Assembly: GCA_030295235.1 (NCBI GenBank)
Contig: AP026123.1
Span: 1,240,001 to 1,304,000, forward strand
Origin: Fistulifera solaris
Taxonomy: Eukaryota
Length of the DNA stretch: 64,000 bases
Direction: 5' to 3'
Below, in pieces: positions 26,077-38,586 of the stretch. The translations under genes and the position numbers were made by a program. The notes beneath the pieces were generated by a model. It saw only the letters and a program-made list of their open reading frames with translations. It was not told the origin of the DNA and ran no database searches. Position 1 is the first letter of the stretch. The number at the start of each line of letters is the position of its first letter.

Positions 26077-26720
26077 CTAGCGATCGTATAATGTTTTGTC
26101 CTTTTTCTTCTTTTTCTTCAAATCGGCTTGTGCTTTTAATTCTTTTGCTGCAGCGGATGCAGCAACGCTTGTCGTTGGCTTTGACTTTCGTTTTGTCTTA
26201 GCTTTCAATATGGCAGCCACATCCGCCGGGCCATCCAAATACATTGGAGTCTCTTCTGCTGGAAGAGTGGCATTGATCGTTTTCTTCTTTTGGGCTTCCG
26301 CCTCTTGGCTTGACTAGGCTCCAAGCATTCCTCTGGATTCGTAAATGGCTCAGTATCCACTACGACGTTCTCCTCCTTCTCGACAGTGACTTGATCGATA
26401 CCAAGTTCATTCAAAATATCATCAAGATTGTCGAGTTGGTCGTCGATGGACACTTTCGCCAGCTGTTTCTTCGAAGCATTTTCACGTGCTTTCTGTTTGG
26501 CAATTTCCAGTCGTCGCTCGCGTTCTTCTGCGTCCTCTTCGACAGTGACGCCTCCATTTTCCTCTTCTGATTCAGACTCTGAGTCTGGAATGAGTTCTTC
26601 ATTTTCTTTGACTGATGAATGTTCCTGTACTGCTCCGTTAGCCGCCGTTTCGGTCGTATTGGGATGATGATCTTCCTCATCCGACGAATCATCATCGCCC
26701 CATCGCTGATTTTCGTTCAT
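26077..26720 (-). CDS. Hypothetical acidic / Lys-rich protein; frameshift ~26310-26330
   Basis: ORF 26205-26720 (RWGDDDSSDEED...) continues in another frame to AAAKELKAQADLKKKKKKDKTLYDR, with the stop at 26077-26079. Confidence 0.6.
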
Positions 26721-27149
26721 TATCGCCTCCTGCTGTCACACTAGATGACTGTCGATACTCTAGGATCTTAAATTGATGCTACTGTTTACTTTTTTTAAAG
26801 AGAAGTTATGCCAGTAATAGCTGTCTTTCTTTGATCCGAAGTCTCGGCATGGATTTTCTTTCGTAGAAAATGTGGCTGATGTCTGATGTGCGATGAAATT
26901 GAACCAACGGAGGGCGGGTGGACGGGCCCATTATGTTTTGTTGATAATGTTTGTAATAACGCAGCGACAAAGATCTCCTCCATCATGCTTCGGACGAACG
27001 ACAGACAAAAGATCCGCCATCGGATCGGAAAATGAATGCCGAGAGATAGGACTTATTACTTGCTTGACAGCAACGGCAACCCTTCTCATTACACTCGTAA
27101 CGTGCTTCTTGATCTGCGATCTTCTATTTCATTACGAAGGGATAACACC

Positions 27150-28777
27150 ATGAAGCTGCTTTTTCTATCTACAACATTGTCGCTCATCTTCGCGACTTCA
27201 GATGCATCGTCCTTTCCATCTGCACCTCATGCTCTTCTCGTCCGTGGAGGAGCCCAGCCCAATAAGGCGAAGAAAGGATTCGTGCGCCCGCCTGCACCCT
27301 TTCGTCCTCCTGCTAAGGCGACTAAGCCTGTTGAAAAAGTAGTTGCTGGTAAAGGAACTGCTACGATCCCTCAAGAAGTTTTTAACCTCGTCAAAGGAAT
27401 CGTTGGTGTCGGAGTGCTCAGTCTCCCCGCCGGTATCGCTGTGTTCGCCGACAGCCCAGCCGGACTCGGTCCTGCTCTCTTCCTGATTGCAGCAATGGGG
27501 ATTTTGTCAGCTGTGGGTTTTGCTACGATTGGACGCGTCTGTGCCTACACGGGGGCGACGTCTTATCGCCAAGCTTGGAGTCTATCGGTAGGGCCAAGAA
27601 CCTCTTGGATTCCCAGTTGGAGTGCGACTCTCAAGACAAGTATGGCTTGTCTCGCTTACTCCATGGTCTTGGCTGATACCTTCTGCTCGCTGCTGGGGAG
27701 CACACAACGTACGACGGTTTTGTTGGGACTGACGGTCGCAATTTTGTTGCCCTTGTGTTGGTTGAAAGACTTGGCTTCTTTGTCACCCTTTAGTTTGGTA
27801 TGTACAACAGTGCGCAAACGACCGTTTTTCAAAAGCGTCTCACGTCCGCTTCTTTTCTCTTCTAGTTGGGGGTGTGTGGTATGGCTTATACAGGTCTGGC
27901 CATGACAATTCGCTACCTTGACGGCTCGTATTCCAACCCGGGCAGTTCTCTCCTGGCGGCCGTTTCCGACAATCTGAAACCCAAGTTTGGTAGCAGCGAC
28001 TGGACGAGTATTTTTCAACCAAACAGCTTGATCCTCGTATGTATGCTAAGTACTGCGTACATGGCGCACTTCAATGCTCCCAAGGTATGTTGTTGTGATG
28101 GGGGTGTGTATTGTTGCTTCTGTTTCTCATGAATTGATCGTCAATACCAGTTTTACAACGAGCTCAAAAACAACACGCTGGCACGTTATCACCAAGTGGT
28201 AGGAACCAGCTTTGGTATCAGTATCTTACTTATGGGTGCCATTACTGCCGTTGGGTTCCTTACATTTGGATCGGCTTGCTCGGGACTTGTCCTCAACAAC
28301 TACGCGTCGAAGGATGTGCTCATTCAGGCCAGTCGGGTAGCAGTTGCTGTCGCTTTGGTCTTTTCGTTTCCGCTGGCGTTCCAGGGATTTCGTGACGGTG
28401 CATTGGATTTGTTGCAAGTGCCTGTTGAGAAGCGCTCAAATCCTCTTTTGAACACCGTGACGATCGTGCTGTTGGGAGCCATCACAGCTGCGGCTGCAAC
28501 TTTGAAGGATGTCAGCTTTGTCCTTGCATTTGGAGGAGGTATGTGGCAGTGCTTTTGCGACTGGTTTCTCAATCACAAAGTCTCAATGAACAATTATCTT
28601 TTCGCAGCAACACTTGGAAATGCTTTGACTTATGTATACCCTGCGATCATGTATGCATCAGTTGTTCGCAAACAAAATCGCAAAGGAGAAACAGCGAATG
28701 TCTTGTTCAACAATATGTCGGCAATTCTTGGTCTCATCATGGGTGCCATTGGCGCTAAAATGGCGTTAGATAAGTAA
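27150..28777 (+). CDS. Amino acid transporter (Aa_trans/AAAP, SLC38-like) with signal peptide; introns ~27798-27864, ~28085-28150, ~28539-28607
   Basis: FNLVKGIVGVGVLSLPAG, LLPLCWLKDLASLSPFSL, AYMAHFNAPK, GLVLNNY, SFPLAF, YVYPAIM. Confidence 0.9.
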
Positions 28778-28941
28778 TTATATTCTGGTTTGATTATCAG
28801 ATGCAAGAGATTCCAATAATCGTCTGTCTGAACGAGCGAGCATTTCAAAATTGAAGCGACAGGTAAGGCGCTAGATTAAAAAGGGCACTGAATTGAAAGT
28901 GAAACCAAGCATTAAACTTTACAGCTCTAGCACCCGACTCT

Positions 28942-30416
28942 CTAAAGGTAGTTCTGAACTGCTTTGATGGCTCCTACTGTACCCATAGCAACACCTAGAA
29001 AGGCGGATCCCATTGCGAATTTCGTTTCGCGTTTCTGCATCTTAGTTGGGTTGGACAATTTGTTTACAGCTCCTCGGAACATTATAGCGGGATAGATATA
29101 GATCAGAGCATTCCCCAGAGTTGCGCTAATGTCATCGAACACGCAAAGTTAGGGAGAACGATTCGAACAGCATTTGGCAATCAAGAGTGAATACGGAACT
29201 TACCCGGCAAACGCCATGACAAAGCTGACATCTGGGATGATTATAGCCAGCCCAGTGATACCAGACAAGAGACCCACAGTCAATAGATTCAGAAACTTGT
29301 TCGATGCGTTGTTGACCTTCAAAAGATCCAGCACTCCATCACGCGCCCCCGTGAATGCCAGCGGGTAAGAAAAGACCAAAGAAAGAGCCACAGCGAAGCG
29401 CGAAATCGACATAAGTCCATCGCGGCTCGAATAGTTGTTCAGAATCAATCCTGCAGAATTTCCGCCAAATGTAAGGAACCCAATTCCAGCCATACTGGCA
29501 AAAGACCAATGCTAATCGCAAAGCTAGTCGCCACAACTTTGACGTAACGGGGAATCGTGTTGTCTTTCAATTCCGTATAAAACTTGGGAGCATTGAAATG
29601 CGCCATGTAAGCCGTACTAAGCATACCTAGCAAAATGGTTGACGCCGGATTGAAGACGCTGCTTTGCGTCCCAAATGCCGGCTGAAGGCTCACTGGCAAA
29701 TCCTTGGCAAACTTTCCACCGACAGCATAAGCCTTACCAAAGTACCGGATGGCCATGGCAATGGCTGTATACACCATGCCGAGACTTCCCAAGAGCGAGA
29801 AAGGGGCCAATGCGTTCAAGTTCTTGAGTAAGCAAAGTGGCAGTAGTAAGGTGCTCGTCACTCCAATCAAGGCCGTCGATTTGGATACGGCGAAACCGGC
29901 TGTGGCGAACAGCGACGCGAATGTATCTCCAAGAATCATACTGTACGCGAGCACAGCAAACATAGTTTTCAACGTGACCGACCACGCAGGAATCCATGAT
30001 GACTTCTCACTCACGGCGGCACTCCATGCTTGTCGAAACGTCTTTGTTCCTGTCAAAGCGCACGATCTGCCGATCAAAGCAAAGCCATAAGCTGACAAAG
30101 AACCGATGGCAGCGATCAAGAATACCGCGGGTGTAACTGCGCCTGGGGCGTTTCCGTATTTCGCAATCCCTGCTGGCAGACTCAAAACTCCGGCACCGAC
30201 AATCCCTTTGACTAAGTTGAAAATCAATTGTGATACAGTCGCTGTACCTCCTGATGACGGTATCTCCGTGACTTGTTTCGTTTCAAAGAGTGCCGTGGCG
30301 TGGAAGCTCGGTCGTACAGAAAAAGTGGGCTGTCGAATAACAGCAGCTGGCTGAAAGGCGTGGGAAGAGCACAATAAGAGGCTGGTGATGGCCAAGAAAG
30401 CAACACAGCGTGTCAT
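28942..30416 (-). CDS. Amino acid transporter paralog, probably plastid-targeted; frameshift ~29500, intron ~29126-29202
   Basis: MTRC...SSHAFQP bipartite presequence; FNLVKGIVGAGVLSLPAG, AYMAHFNAPKFY, GLILNNY, SYPLAF, YIYPAIM. Confidence 0.9.
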
Positions 30417-31065
30417 GATCGGCGTCGGAGTATCGTTATGCGTCAATATGTGTGCCTGAAAATAACAAGGCGCGGTACCGTATTTACTTGGCTTCCAGAG
30501 AAGCGCCCTAAAAAAAAGTTTGGTTGATAGAAGGTAAGGAAGTAGAGGTGATGAACATCAACGCGATCAAGGATCGGCATTCTCAAACATCAATTTTTAT
30601 ACGAGAACTTTAGTGGTATCGGAGGAACCGAGAGCACAGCACACCCACTCAAATGCCAAGAAAACTTTTTGGGTTGACACAAGGACGAAGGACGACGTTG
30701 CACGGAGGCAATTTCGATGCAGTAAGGTTCAGGAATAGGCGAGGGACTCAGTATTACCCACGAATCAAATGACTGGCAGGCGCGCTACTGTCAGTACTGT
30801 AATTAATACGAGGAGTTACTACACAAAAACCTATCTTACCAGAATTAATATGGTCGAGATAGTATTCTTGGGAATTGTAGCGAGCAAACATACGACTCAA
30901 AACAGTCCTGCATCCTTGCATCCTGCATGCTTTTTGCCAAGAAACGCGACGCAGCTTTGCACCCAGTCTGTGTCTGTGGGCATCTTATTACGACATGAAA
31001 CGAGTATTCAAGAAGTTGTCTTTGTCATTAATTGTTATTCCTTCAGCACCCTTATCAACAAAAGG

Positions 31066-31822
31066 ATGAGTTCAACACAACACGGAGGAACGTTTCAACC
31101 TTTGCAGCATCGCAGCGGAACGCTTCGGGATCGGTTGCACTCGTATACAAAAAGGACTTTGGGAGCAGGCGGAAGTCTCAATGAAGCTGTAAGTCCTTTC
31201 GATGATCGATCCTCTTTTCAAAACTAATCTCATCGCTTACCTTGTCTTCGTCACGTAGGTGGCTTTACCAGCCGGTGAATCTTGCGCCGCGTGGGTCGCC
31301 GTTCATGCAATCGACTTTTACAACGATGTCAGCACGATCTGGGCCGTCATGTCGACGGATCCGTACCTATCTTCTTTCCGTCCCGGGGAGGGATTCCCAT
31401 CTGGAGTCGAATATCGATGGAGTGATAGTGACAACAACAAGGAAGCCGTTTCGGTCTCGGCTCCTGTATATGTAGACAAAGTCCTCGGATGGATTGCGGA
31501 TCAAATGAATGACGAGCGCAAGTTTCCCGACGATGACGACGAAGAACGAGCACTTCGTGTATTTCAAACTCCGCAATTCGCTGCTCTATGCGGGCAGATC
31601 TTCCGGCGATTATTTCGGGTGTATGCAATCATATATTCGTCGTTCTTTGGGACGCTGGAAGCACTTGATATGGCTCCGCATTTGAATTCGTGCTTCAAGC
31701 ACTTTATGTACTTTTGCACAGAGTTCGGGCTGTTACCAGAGCGCGAAATTGAACCGATGGAAGTTCTTGTCAAACCCATTCGCAAACAGTATCATCAGGG
31801 CCGAAACCCCAGTAATCGCTAA
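31066..31822 (+). CDS. MOB1: MOB kinase activator (Mob1/phocein family); intron 31189-31258
   Basis: TLGAGGSLNEA|VALPAGE, WVAVHAIDFYN, EYRW, SAPVYVD, IFRRLFRVYAIIY, HLNSCFKHFMYF..EFGL. Confidence 0.88.
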
Positions 31823-32353
31823 CTCGGCATCCTCGCGGTATCTCAAAACAAATTGTTTTGGCCTTGAGCGCATTTGCTTCGACCTCTTCTCATTCATACA
31901 ATAGATACTTCTAGAGTGACTGCGGATACTTTTATTCGTCATTAAACTTTCTAGTCTAATGAGCTTTGTTCTTGATAAATTGTTTTTCTGAGACAACGGT
32001 TCATTTGATACAACGATAGCTACCAGGTAAAAAAGGATCCAGATTAAGTAAAACGCTCTGATCGACTGATAAGGCACGAAACGAAACTGAATCGCAATAA
32101 GTTGACACCATAATAGCTTCTCTAATCACAAATTGCAACGCCTTCGCAAAGAAACTTGACATTCGATTCATTGCGTTTTCCCCCCTCGTTTGTCTGAACT
32201 AAAAAAGTCGAATAAAAGCGCAGTTCGTGGTAAACTTATAATGAGAATGAAGTATCTAGGCTTCTACAAACAAACTCCTGGTTGCCTCTACTTTGTATGT
32301 AGTATTTATCATGAATAAATAATAGGCACACTTAGAATGAATTCTTACATGCA

Positions 32354-35144
32354 TCATAGCTCGTTCTTGCTCTCGTCGCGGATCTTCTCGGCCTTGGCTT
32401 GTTTTTCCAAGACTTCGGAGTCAGCATCGGGGTGATAGTCAAAGTCTTTGGCAGTGTGGCCTTCCTTGTCCTTGACATTAGCATCAGCACCACTTTTAAG
32501 TAAGAGGTCTACCAGCGCAAGGTGATCCGTTAGTGCCTGTTTAATGATAGGACCAGTACCGCTGTCATCGGCTTCTTTGTTTTCTGAATCACGAACGAAT
32601 TGATTGTATCTTTCCCATAACGTTTCAACCTGGTTCTTTCCATTATAGGCAAACATAAGCGCGGTGTGCCCATCTTTATTTTGCTCATTGATGGATGCAC
32701 CAGCTTTTAAAAGCTCTTCAACTACTTTGAGATGCCCTCTTGCTGAAGCGGCCATAAGTGTCGTCGTTTCGTCAGAGTCTTTCATGTTCACATTCGCGCC
32801 TCCAGCAATAAGGGCAGCGACAACTTCAGCGTGGCCTTCTGATGACGCAGCTAATAAGGGAGTTACGCCTTCTTCACTGGCTTCGTCGATGAAACCCTCC
32901 TTTCCGCCATTCTTTTCAAGAAGCATCTTAACTACATCAGTAAAGCCTCTGTGACTAGCCTGTAACAATGTGGTCACTTTCTTGTCGTCTTTATGGTAGA
33001 TATTGGCTCCTTTCTCAATGAGCAGCTTCGAAAACTCCTCATTTTCAACCATAATAGCATCAAACAAAAGATCATGCGACACACCACTATCATCAACAAA
33101 GGGTGTATTCGGATCCGCGCCCGCCTTGACCAAAGCTGTTGCCACCTCACCATGGTTCCCTTTAATAGCAAGTAACAATGGGGTTCTCGCTTGATCATCT
33201 TTTACAAGAACCATTTCGGGACTGTGTTCGAGAAGAAGGTCGACTGTTGCGAGATGACCGCCTTGCGCAGCTGCGTCAAGTAAGATTGGGTAAGAAAATA
33301 GAACTATTTCAAAGTAAGCTCTCCTGATTCTAGAACGTACCAACGTGCAAGGCCGTGACTCCGTCAACATGTGGATCCTCATTCGTCATTTTTCCTTCCG
33401 CAATCATTTGCGATAATTTCACTAAATATTCAGGGGTAGCGCGGGCGACTGCTTTGACGTCGGCTCCTAAGGCAATAAGCTCCTTAGCGCACTCTGTGTG
33501 GCCACCAGCAGCGGCGAACATTACTGATGACCCACCAGAGTATGAAAATTTATTGATGTGTTCCGTGAGTTGAGCTGATGTCATAGTCTTCTGCAACGTT
33601 TCAATTACATATTTTTGTCCCTCAATGCTTCCCTGCGATGCAATTGCCATCAAGGGCGTCACGCCATCGTCATCGCTAAAGTCTACTGATGCTCCTTTCT
33701 CGATCAACAATTTCATCGCTTCCACGGCACCTCCCGTGGCCGCTTCTAGCAAGGCCGTACCACCGTTCGTATGTTTGGCGTCCACGACAGCGTTCCCTTT
33801 CTCTAACAAAACTTTCATGGCTTCGACATGATTGGACGCGGCAGCGTACATCAGGGCAGTAACCTTATTGTCGGAAGCACCATCAACTTCGGCCCCTGCC
33901 TCCAAAAGATACTCAATCGCCGCCGTGTGGCCATGGGCAGCAGCAATAATTAATGCATTGAAGCCAGTGGACGATACAGCATTCAAATAGGATGGATCCT
34001 TTGCGTTCTCTGTCAGCGCTTTAATGACCGCTACAGACCCATTCTCGGCTGCGTTCATCAACGGCGTCAATCCATCTTTGTCGGCTGTTGTGGGGTCTGC
34101 ACCGTGTTCAAGAAGTAAGTTGATTGCCCCTTCATGACCGCCGACACTAGCGCTCATTAACGCAGTAAGGCCATCCGCGCGAGTATTACTAGCATCTGCT
34201 CCTTTGTCGAGAAGGATCTTCATGACCTCGGTTTGACCTTCACTGGCCGCAAGCCACAAAGCCGTAACTTCTGTATTCGCGGCAGCGTTCACATCAGCGC
34301 CCTTTTTGAGCAACATCTCCACAATTTTCTTTTGCCCCATAATGCTAGCTTCCATTAGAGCCGTAATACCATCCTTATCGGAAGCGTTCACATCGATACC
34401 CTCTTTCAAAAGAAACTCGCAAATATCAACGTGACCGGCAGATGCTGCTGGAATCAAAGCAGTTAAATCATCCCAGTCGCGAACGTTAATATCAACCCCA
34501 TCGGCTAGAATGGACTGAATCGTCTTTTTGTCTCCGTCAGCTGCTGCTCCAATCAATCGTGCCCCTGGCGAGCTCATCGTTTTGATATCGGCCGCCGAAG
34601 CAAATTGCAACTGAAGCGGTGTGTAGGGAACTTCCTCCGAGTCGCAGGGTGCTGTGATAACCTTGGTGGATCCCTTTTCACGTACTAAACACGTTTTCTC
34701 GTCAAAGGTCAAGACATAACCGGTGTCAGCGTCGCCGAGAATGTTCCAACTTTTCGCCCCGCAGTGAGAGCACTTGGTCAATTTGACAGGTCCGACCTTA
34801 GTAGGATCTGCTTTGCAATCTTTTTTGGAGAGACACGTTCCGTCGTCCTCTTCGTCGATAGTCCCGTCGGAGGAACGTTTATGTACCTGATATTTTCCTG
34901 TCGTCGAAACAAAAAAAAAACTGAGCGCAGAGTCCAATATGTCGATAAGAGTGCAAGCAACATTGGTCTTACCTGGCGAGCCAACGACATAAAATAGCGT
35001 ATCAATCGAGCAGCGCTTGAACTCTTCTCCAGCCAAACATAGGGAATCGCTGGGATCTTGTAGAAAGAAAGGAGGAGGACTGCTTTTGGTTTCTTCGGCA
35101 GCCAAAACTGTCGCGAACCAACAAGATAGGAAGAAGAATCTCAT
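32354..35144 (-). CDS. Secretory-pathway ankyrin-repeat protein with C-terminal KNEL; introns 34898-34972 and 33271-33340
   Basis: Signal peptide MRFFFLSCWFATVLA, Cys-containing N-terminal domain, more than 15 ankyrin repeats (G.TALM.AA..G), ends ESKNEL. Confidence 0.9.
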
Positions 35145-35971
35145 TTCTGATCAAAGTTGAGAGTCAAATTGTGAGAAAATAGTAGAAATTCCTTGATGAT
35201 TACGAAACATGAATCTCCTAGTCGACCCATTAAGCAAATTGCTTGCGAAAATCATCGGAAAATCGTCGACGAAGTTATGATCTTTTACGCACCTTAGCTT
35301 CGTTCAGAAAGGCTTCAGTAACAAATGGGGTTACGAGCAATTGAGAGTGACTTTCAAATCAATCTTTAACCCAACGCTATGATGAGATTTGCAAACACGT
35401 GCCAACGTTTCGGTCAACACTCCTATACAAGCTATCGCATCAATGGCAATAAAATGCATGGACGTCAAAAGAGAACCCTGGCAAACCACAACGGATCCTT
35501 TCTGAATACAGTAATTCCTCGCTGCCTGCGTCACGGCATAAGTTCCACTTGGCGGTCGACTTATGTTGTGGATAGAGTTCTTGTCGTACCAATTATGATA
35601 TTGTTTTCTATATATTGAATTGATACCGGATAGACGAAAAAGTCCCCGCCATTTTCTTGTCTCCCTAGGTCCTAACATGTTCGACCTAATCCTAAAGGGA
35701 CTTATAAGATCTAACGCAGAACTATAATGATGACACTATACAACTCCTTCGGCTGGATTGTTCTCCACTTTAGTGTCAATGAAAGGACAAATTCAACCCT
35801 GGTACGCGTTGGAGTACCGAGACGCTTCTCGCCGCCTCCATTAAGGATAGCTTCCTAGACGCCCAATGCCGTCTCGGTTTATTAAGAGGAATCGGATATA
35901 GATGGTAGTAACCAATCAATGGCATGGATTGCAGAAGAGGGTACCAGCATGCGTGCAGAGAAGCAAAAGCA

Positions 35972-36726
35972 CTAGCCAGTTCTTTCCTCTGTGTAAAGTA
36001 ACTGCAACATTTTCCCTGGTTCTCTCCACACTGTTCGAAGTACGAAATTTAAGCTCAATTCATCTCCCAGTGGAATCTCATGGCACGATATTTGCCACTG
36101 GGTGTGTGCTGACCATTGGTATCCAACAACTGGTGCTTCAAATACTTTTTAATTTGCCCAATCCGGAGCGTGTTTTCCGAATAGATCAAAGGGTGCTCCA
36201 GTTGCAGTGCTGCTGATTGTGTACCCGGTCTAAGTTCTACCATGATCTTGGAAGATGACTGTGATCGGCACCGTTTCTATGACGGCGGCGTAGATAATGA
36301 TACTTTTCGTTGAATCCCCTTACGCTCATAGAAATCATTCTCGCGTGCCCGGTCTTCGCGAGCGAGCTGTGGCAACAAAATCTTATCTATCAAATCACTC
36401 ATCACATGATCAAGAGATCCGGCCTTTTCAATATCTTCCCCTAATACTTTTGACAAGTCGAGCAGTCGTAAAATACTGACACTGAAAGCTATACCCAAGC
36501 ACCCACGACAAAACGTATGATGACAATTTGCGGTAGTGAAGGGCTCTCGAAAGAAACCTCCACATAATCGACAAGTTAGTTGTGCTTGGATCCGGTCTAA
36601 TGAGAACTCCAATGTATGCTTTGTCGCATGCAAAACAGGTTGCAAAGGTACGGGTAATTTCTCGTCCAGACTTTGTGGGTGACATTTCTCATCGATTTCA
36701 TCGCCCGGAGGCTCGATTGCCGACAT
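35972..36726 (-). CDS. Polycomb group RING finger protein (PCGF/Psc/BMI1-like): RING + RAWUL; several frameshifts
   Basis: LTCRLCGGFFREPFTTANCHHTFCRGC, DHVMSDLIDKILLP.L...E.DFY. The C-terminus across frames reads LRIGQIKKYL...WQISCHEIPLGDELSLNFVLRTVW...LQLLY, with TAG at 35972-35974. Confidence 0.78.
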
Positions 36727-37422
36727 CCTTGTTCGCTAATGAAAATAATGGCTTGTTTTTGTTCACAGTTGCTCATGCAAGGTTTTGTGAAACGATCGTC
36801 GATCAAAAATTTTTTTAGGAAGCACAAAACAGAAAACGGACGCTTTTGCGGTCATGAATCATGACTGAAAACCAGTCGTAGAAAAAACGAACAACACTTT
36901 GAGGTTATAGTGAAAAAGGTGAAGGTATTAGTAATCAATCGAGGGGTTGCATAGCAAATCCTGTTAAGGATAAATAATAAAGATTATTGATTTTGATTAT
37001 GGATTGCCAAGCTCTAGGACCAATAAACGGTGGTTCAGTAAAACAGAATAAGTTCGAAAAAATCATGATTCATGACTGAAATTTTAAAATGCAGTCGTGG
37101 CGAAGGTCGCTTACACTTTGGCCTACACTACGTCAAATCAATAGTCTGTACACCTTAGGGAATAAAATGAGTCGCAATGAATATCAAGAAACGAGTCGAG
37201 ATTTGCGAAACAAATGACGCTGCTGACGGTAACTCATTGCAAACAACATAAATTGCTCAGGTAGTTCGGCATTGTCTGACTCGAGTGACATGATGCTTCC
37301 GATAGATAGGACGTAAGCTTAGTAAATTATACGGAGTAGCCAATTTTTAATTGAGGAATATCCTAGACTAAGGGATGGCTGCAATCGGGAGCAAGTGAAG
37401 CAAAAGTCAAACGCGATCGACA

Positions 37423-38586
37423 TTATCTAATACCTTGATTTTTATTACCGTTGTATAAATGGTAATTGGTAAAGTTGAGCACGGGATTCAAATAATCTTC
37501 TGCATAGTACATTTCAATAGCTTCTTCTAGCTCTGCTGAAGAGATCGTCTCCTTGAGCTTATCATGAGCATTTGTAGCATGGTAGCGACCCACTCCTCCA
37601 GCTTTTGTTTGGAAGATGGAATTCTTGCCGCCTTTTCCCCAGCCGGATGCCCCATACCTTTGCCAAGCCCCAATTTGTCGTAAAAGCCGTTTTGCGTCGT
37701 CTGCTAGGTTTTCCATACGTCCAACAAAATTGATGTAAGACCAATACTTATCGTCTATCCTTTTCGCCTGGGGACTTTGCGAGAAAGTATACGATATGTT
37801 AGGCGAAAGATAAGGCGAATGACGAGATGTCAAGAAGTGGTTAACGAACCTCCAATGCGCATTATCGCATTTCATGGCAACACGTAAGAAGCTTTCCAGC
37901 GATCTACTGGCATCGCGGACGCAGTCTTCACTTTTACCACAACATTTTTCGCGCATGTAGTTGGGATTGCCCACGCCCTTGTCAAGATACGCCGACACAA
38001 GTCTTTCCTTTGGATCGCGCACGAAGATAGCCCTTGTCCACTCGGGTGAAGTCATGATCTCGTTTGCCTTTTCCAGCGGAAAATCATACAGATACTTCAG
38101 TCCATTTGTCTGAGGATTCCAAGGAAGCATGTTCACATACTCTTCCGTTGCCCAGTTCGAATAGCCCATCATTCGACGGAATAGTTGTTTCCATGTTGTG
38201 CACCCGACCTTTGGTATAGTGAAGAAGGCGAGCTTATAGCGTTCGATGATGATGGGTGCTGCGTCCCAGTCATCATTTTCGTAAATGAAGTCACCATATT
38301 CCACCAGGTTCTTGATCGGTTCCGCCGGGTTTACGATTCGATCATCGGGTATGCTCGAGTTGGTTGTATCTTGCAGATTGTCGTCGAAATGAACATTTTG
38401 AACCACCTCTATGTAGTCCTGTGGGCGCTCGTCAGCTTCCAGTGAATCAGCTAGCAGCAAAAGCCCCTGGTAGTTGGTGTAAACAGACACGACGACGATT
38501 GTCAAAAGCACAATGATTGCAACAAGAAAAGACTTCCACAACGATGAGTGTGAGCTCCTAGGCGAAGCTGGTGGTGAAAGCGACAT
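37423..38586 (-). CDS. Carbohydrate sulfotransferase (Sulfotransfer_2 family), type II membrane; in-frame intron ~37777-37848
   Basis: N-terminal TM, FFTIPKVGCTTWK (5'-PSB), FVRDPKERLVSAYLDK (3'-PB), HWR..Q, NFVGRMEN. Confidence 0.9.
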   Translation of the reverse strand: MSLSPPASPRSSHSSLWKSFLVAIIVLLTIVVVSVYTNYQGLLLLADSLEADERPQDYIEVVQNVHFDDNLQDTTNSSIPDDRIVNPAEPIKNLVEYGDFIYENDDWDAAPIIIERYKLAFFTIPKVGCTTWKQLFRRMMGYSNWATEEYVNMLPWNPQTNGLKYLYDFPLEKANEIMTSPEWTRAIFVRDPKERLVSAYLDKGVGNPNYMREKCCGKSEDCVRDASRSLESFLRVAMKCDNAHWRFVNHFLTSRHSPYLSPNISYTFSQSPQAKRIDDKYWSYINFVGRMENLADDAKRLLRQIGAWQRYGASGWGKGGKNSIFQTKAGGVGRYHATNAHDKLKETISSAELEEAIEMYYAEDYLNPVLNFTNYHLYNGNKNQGIR

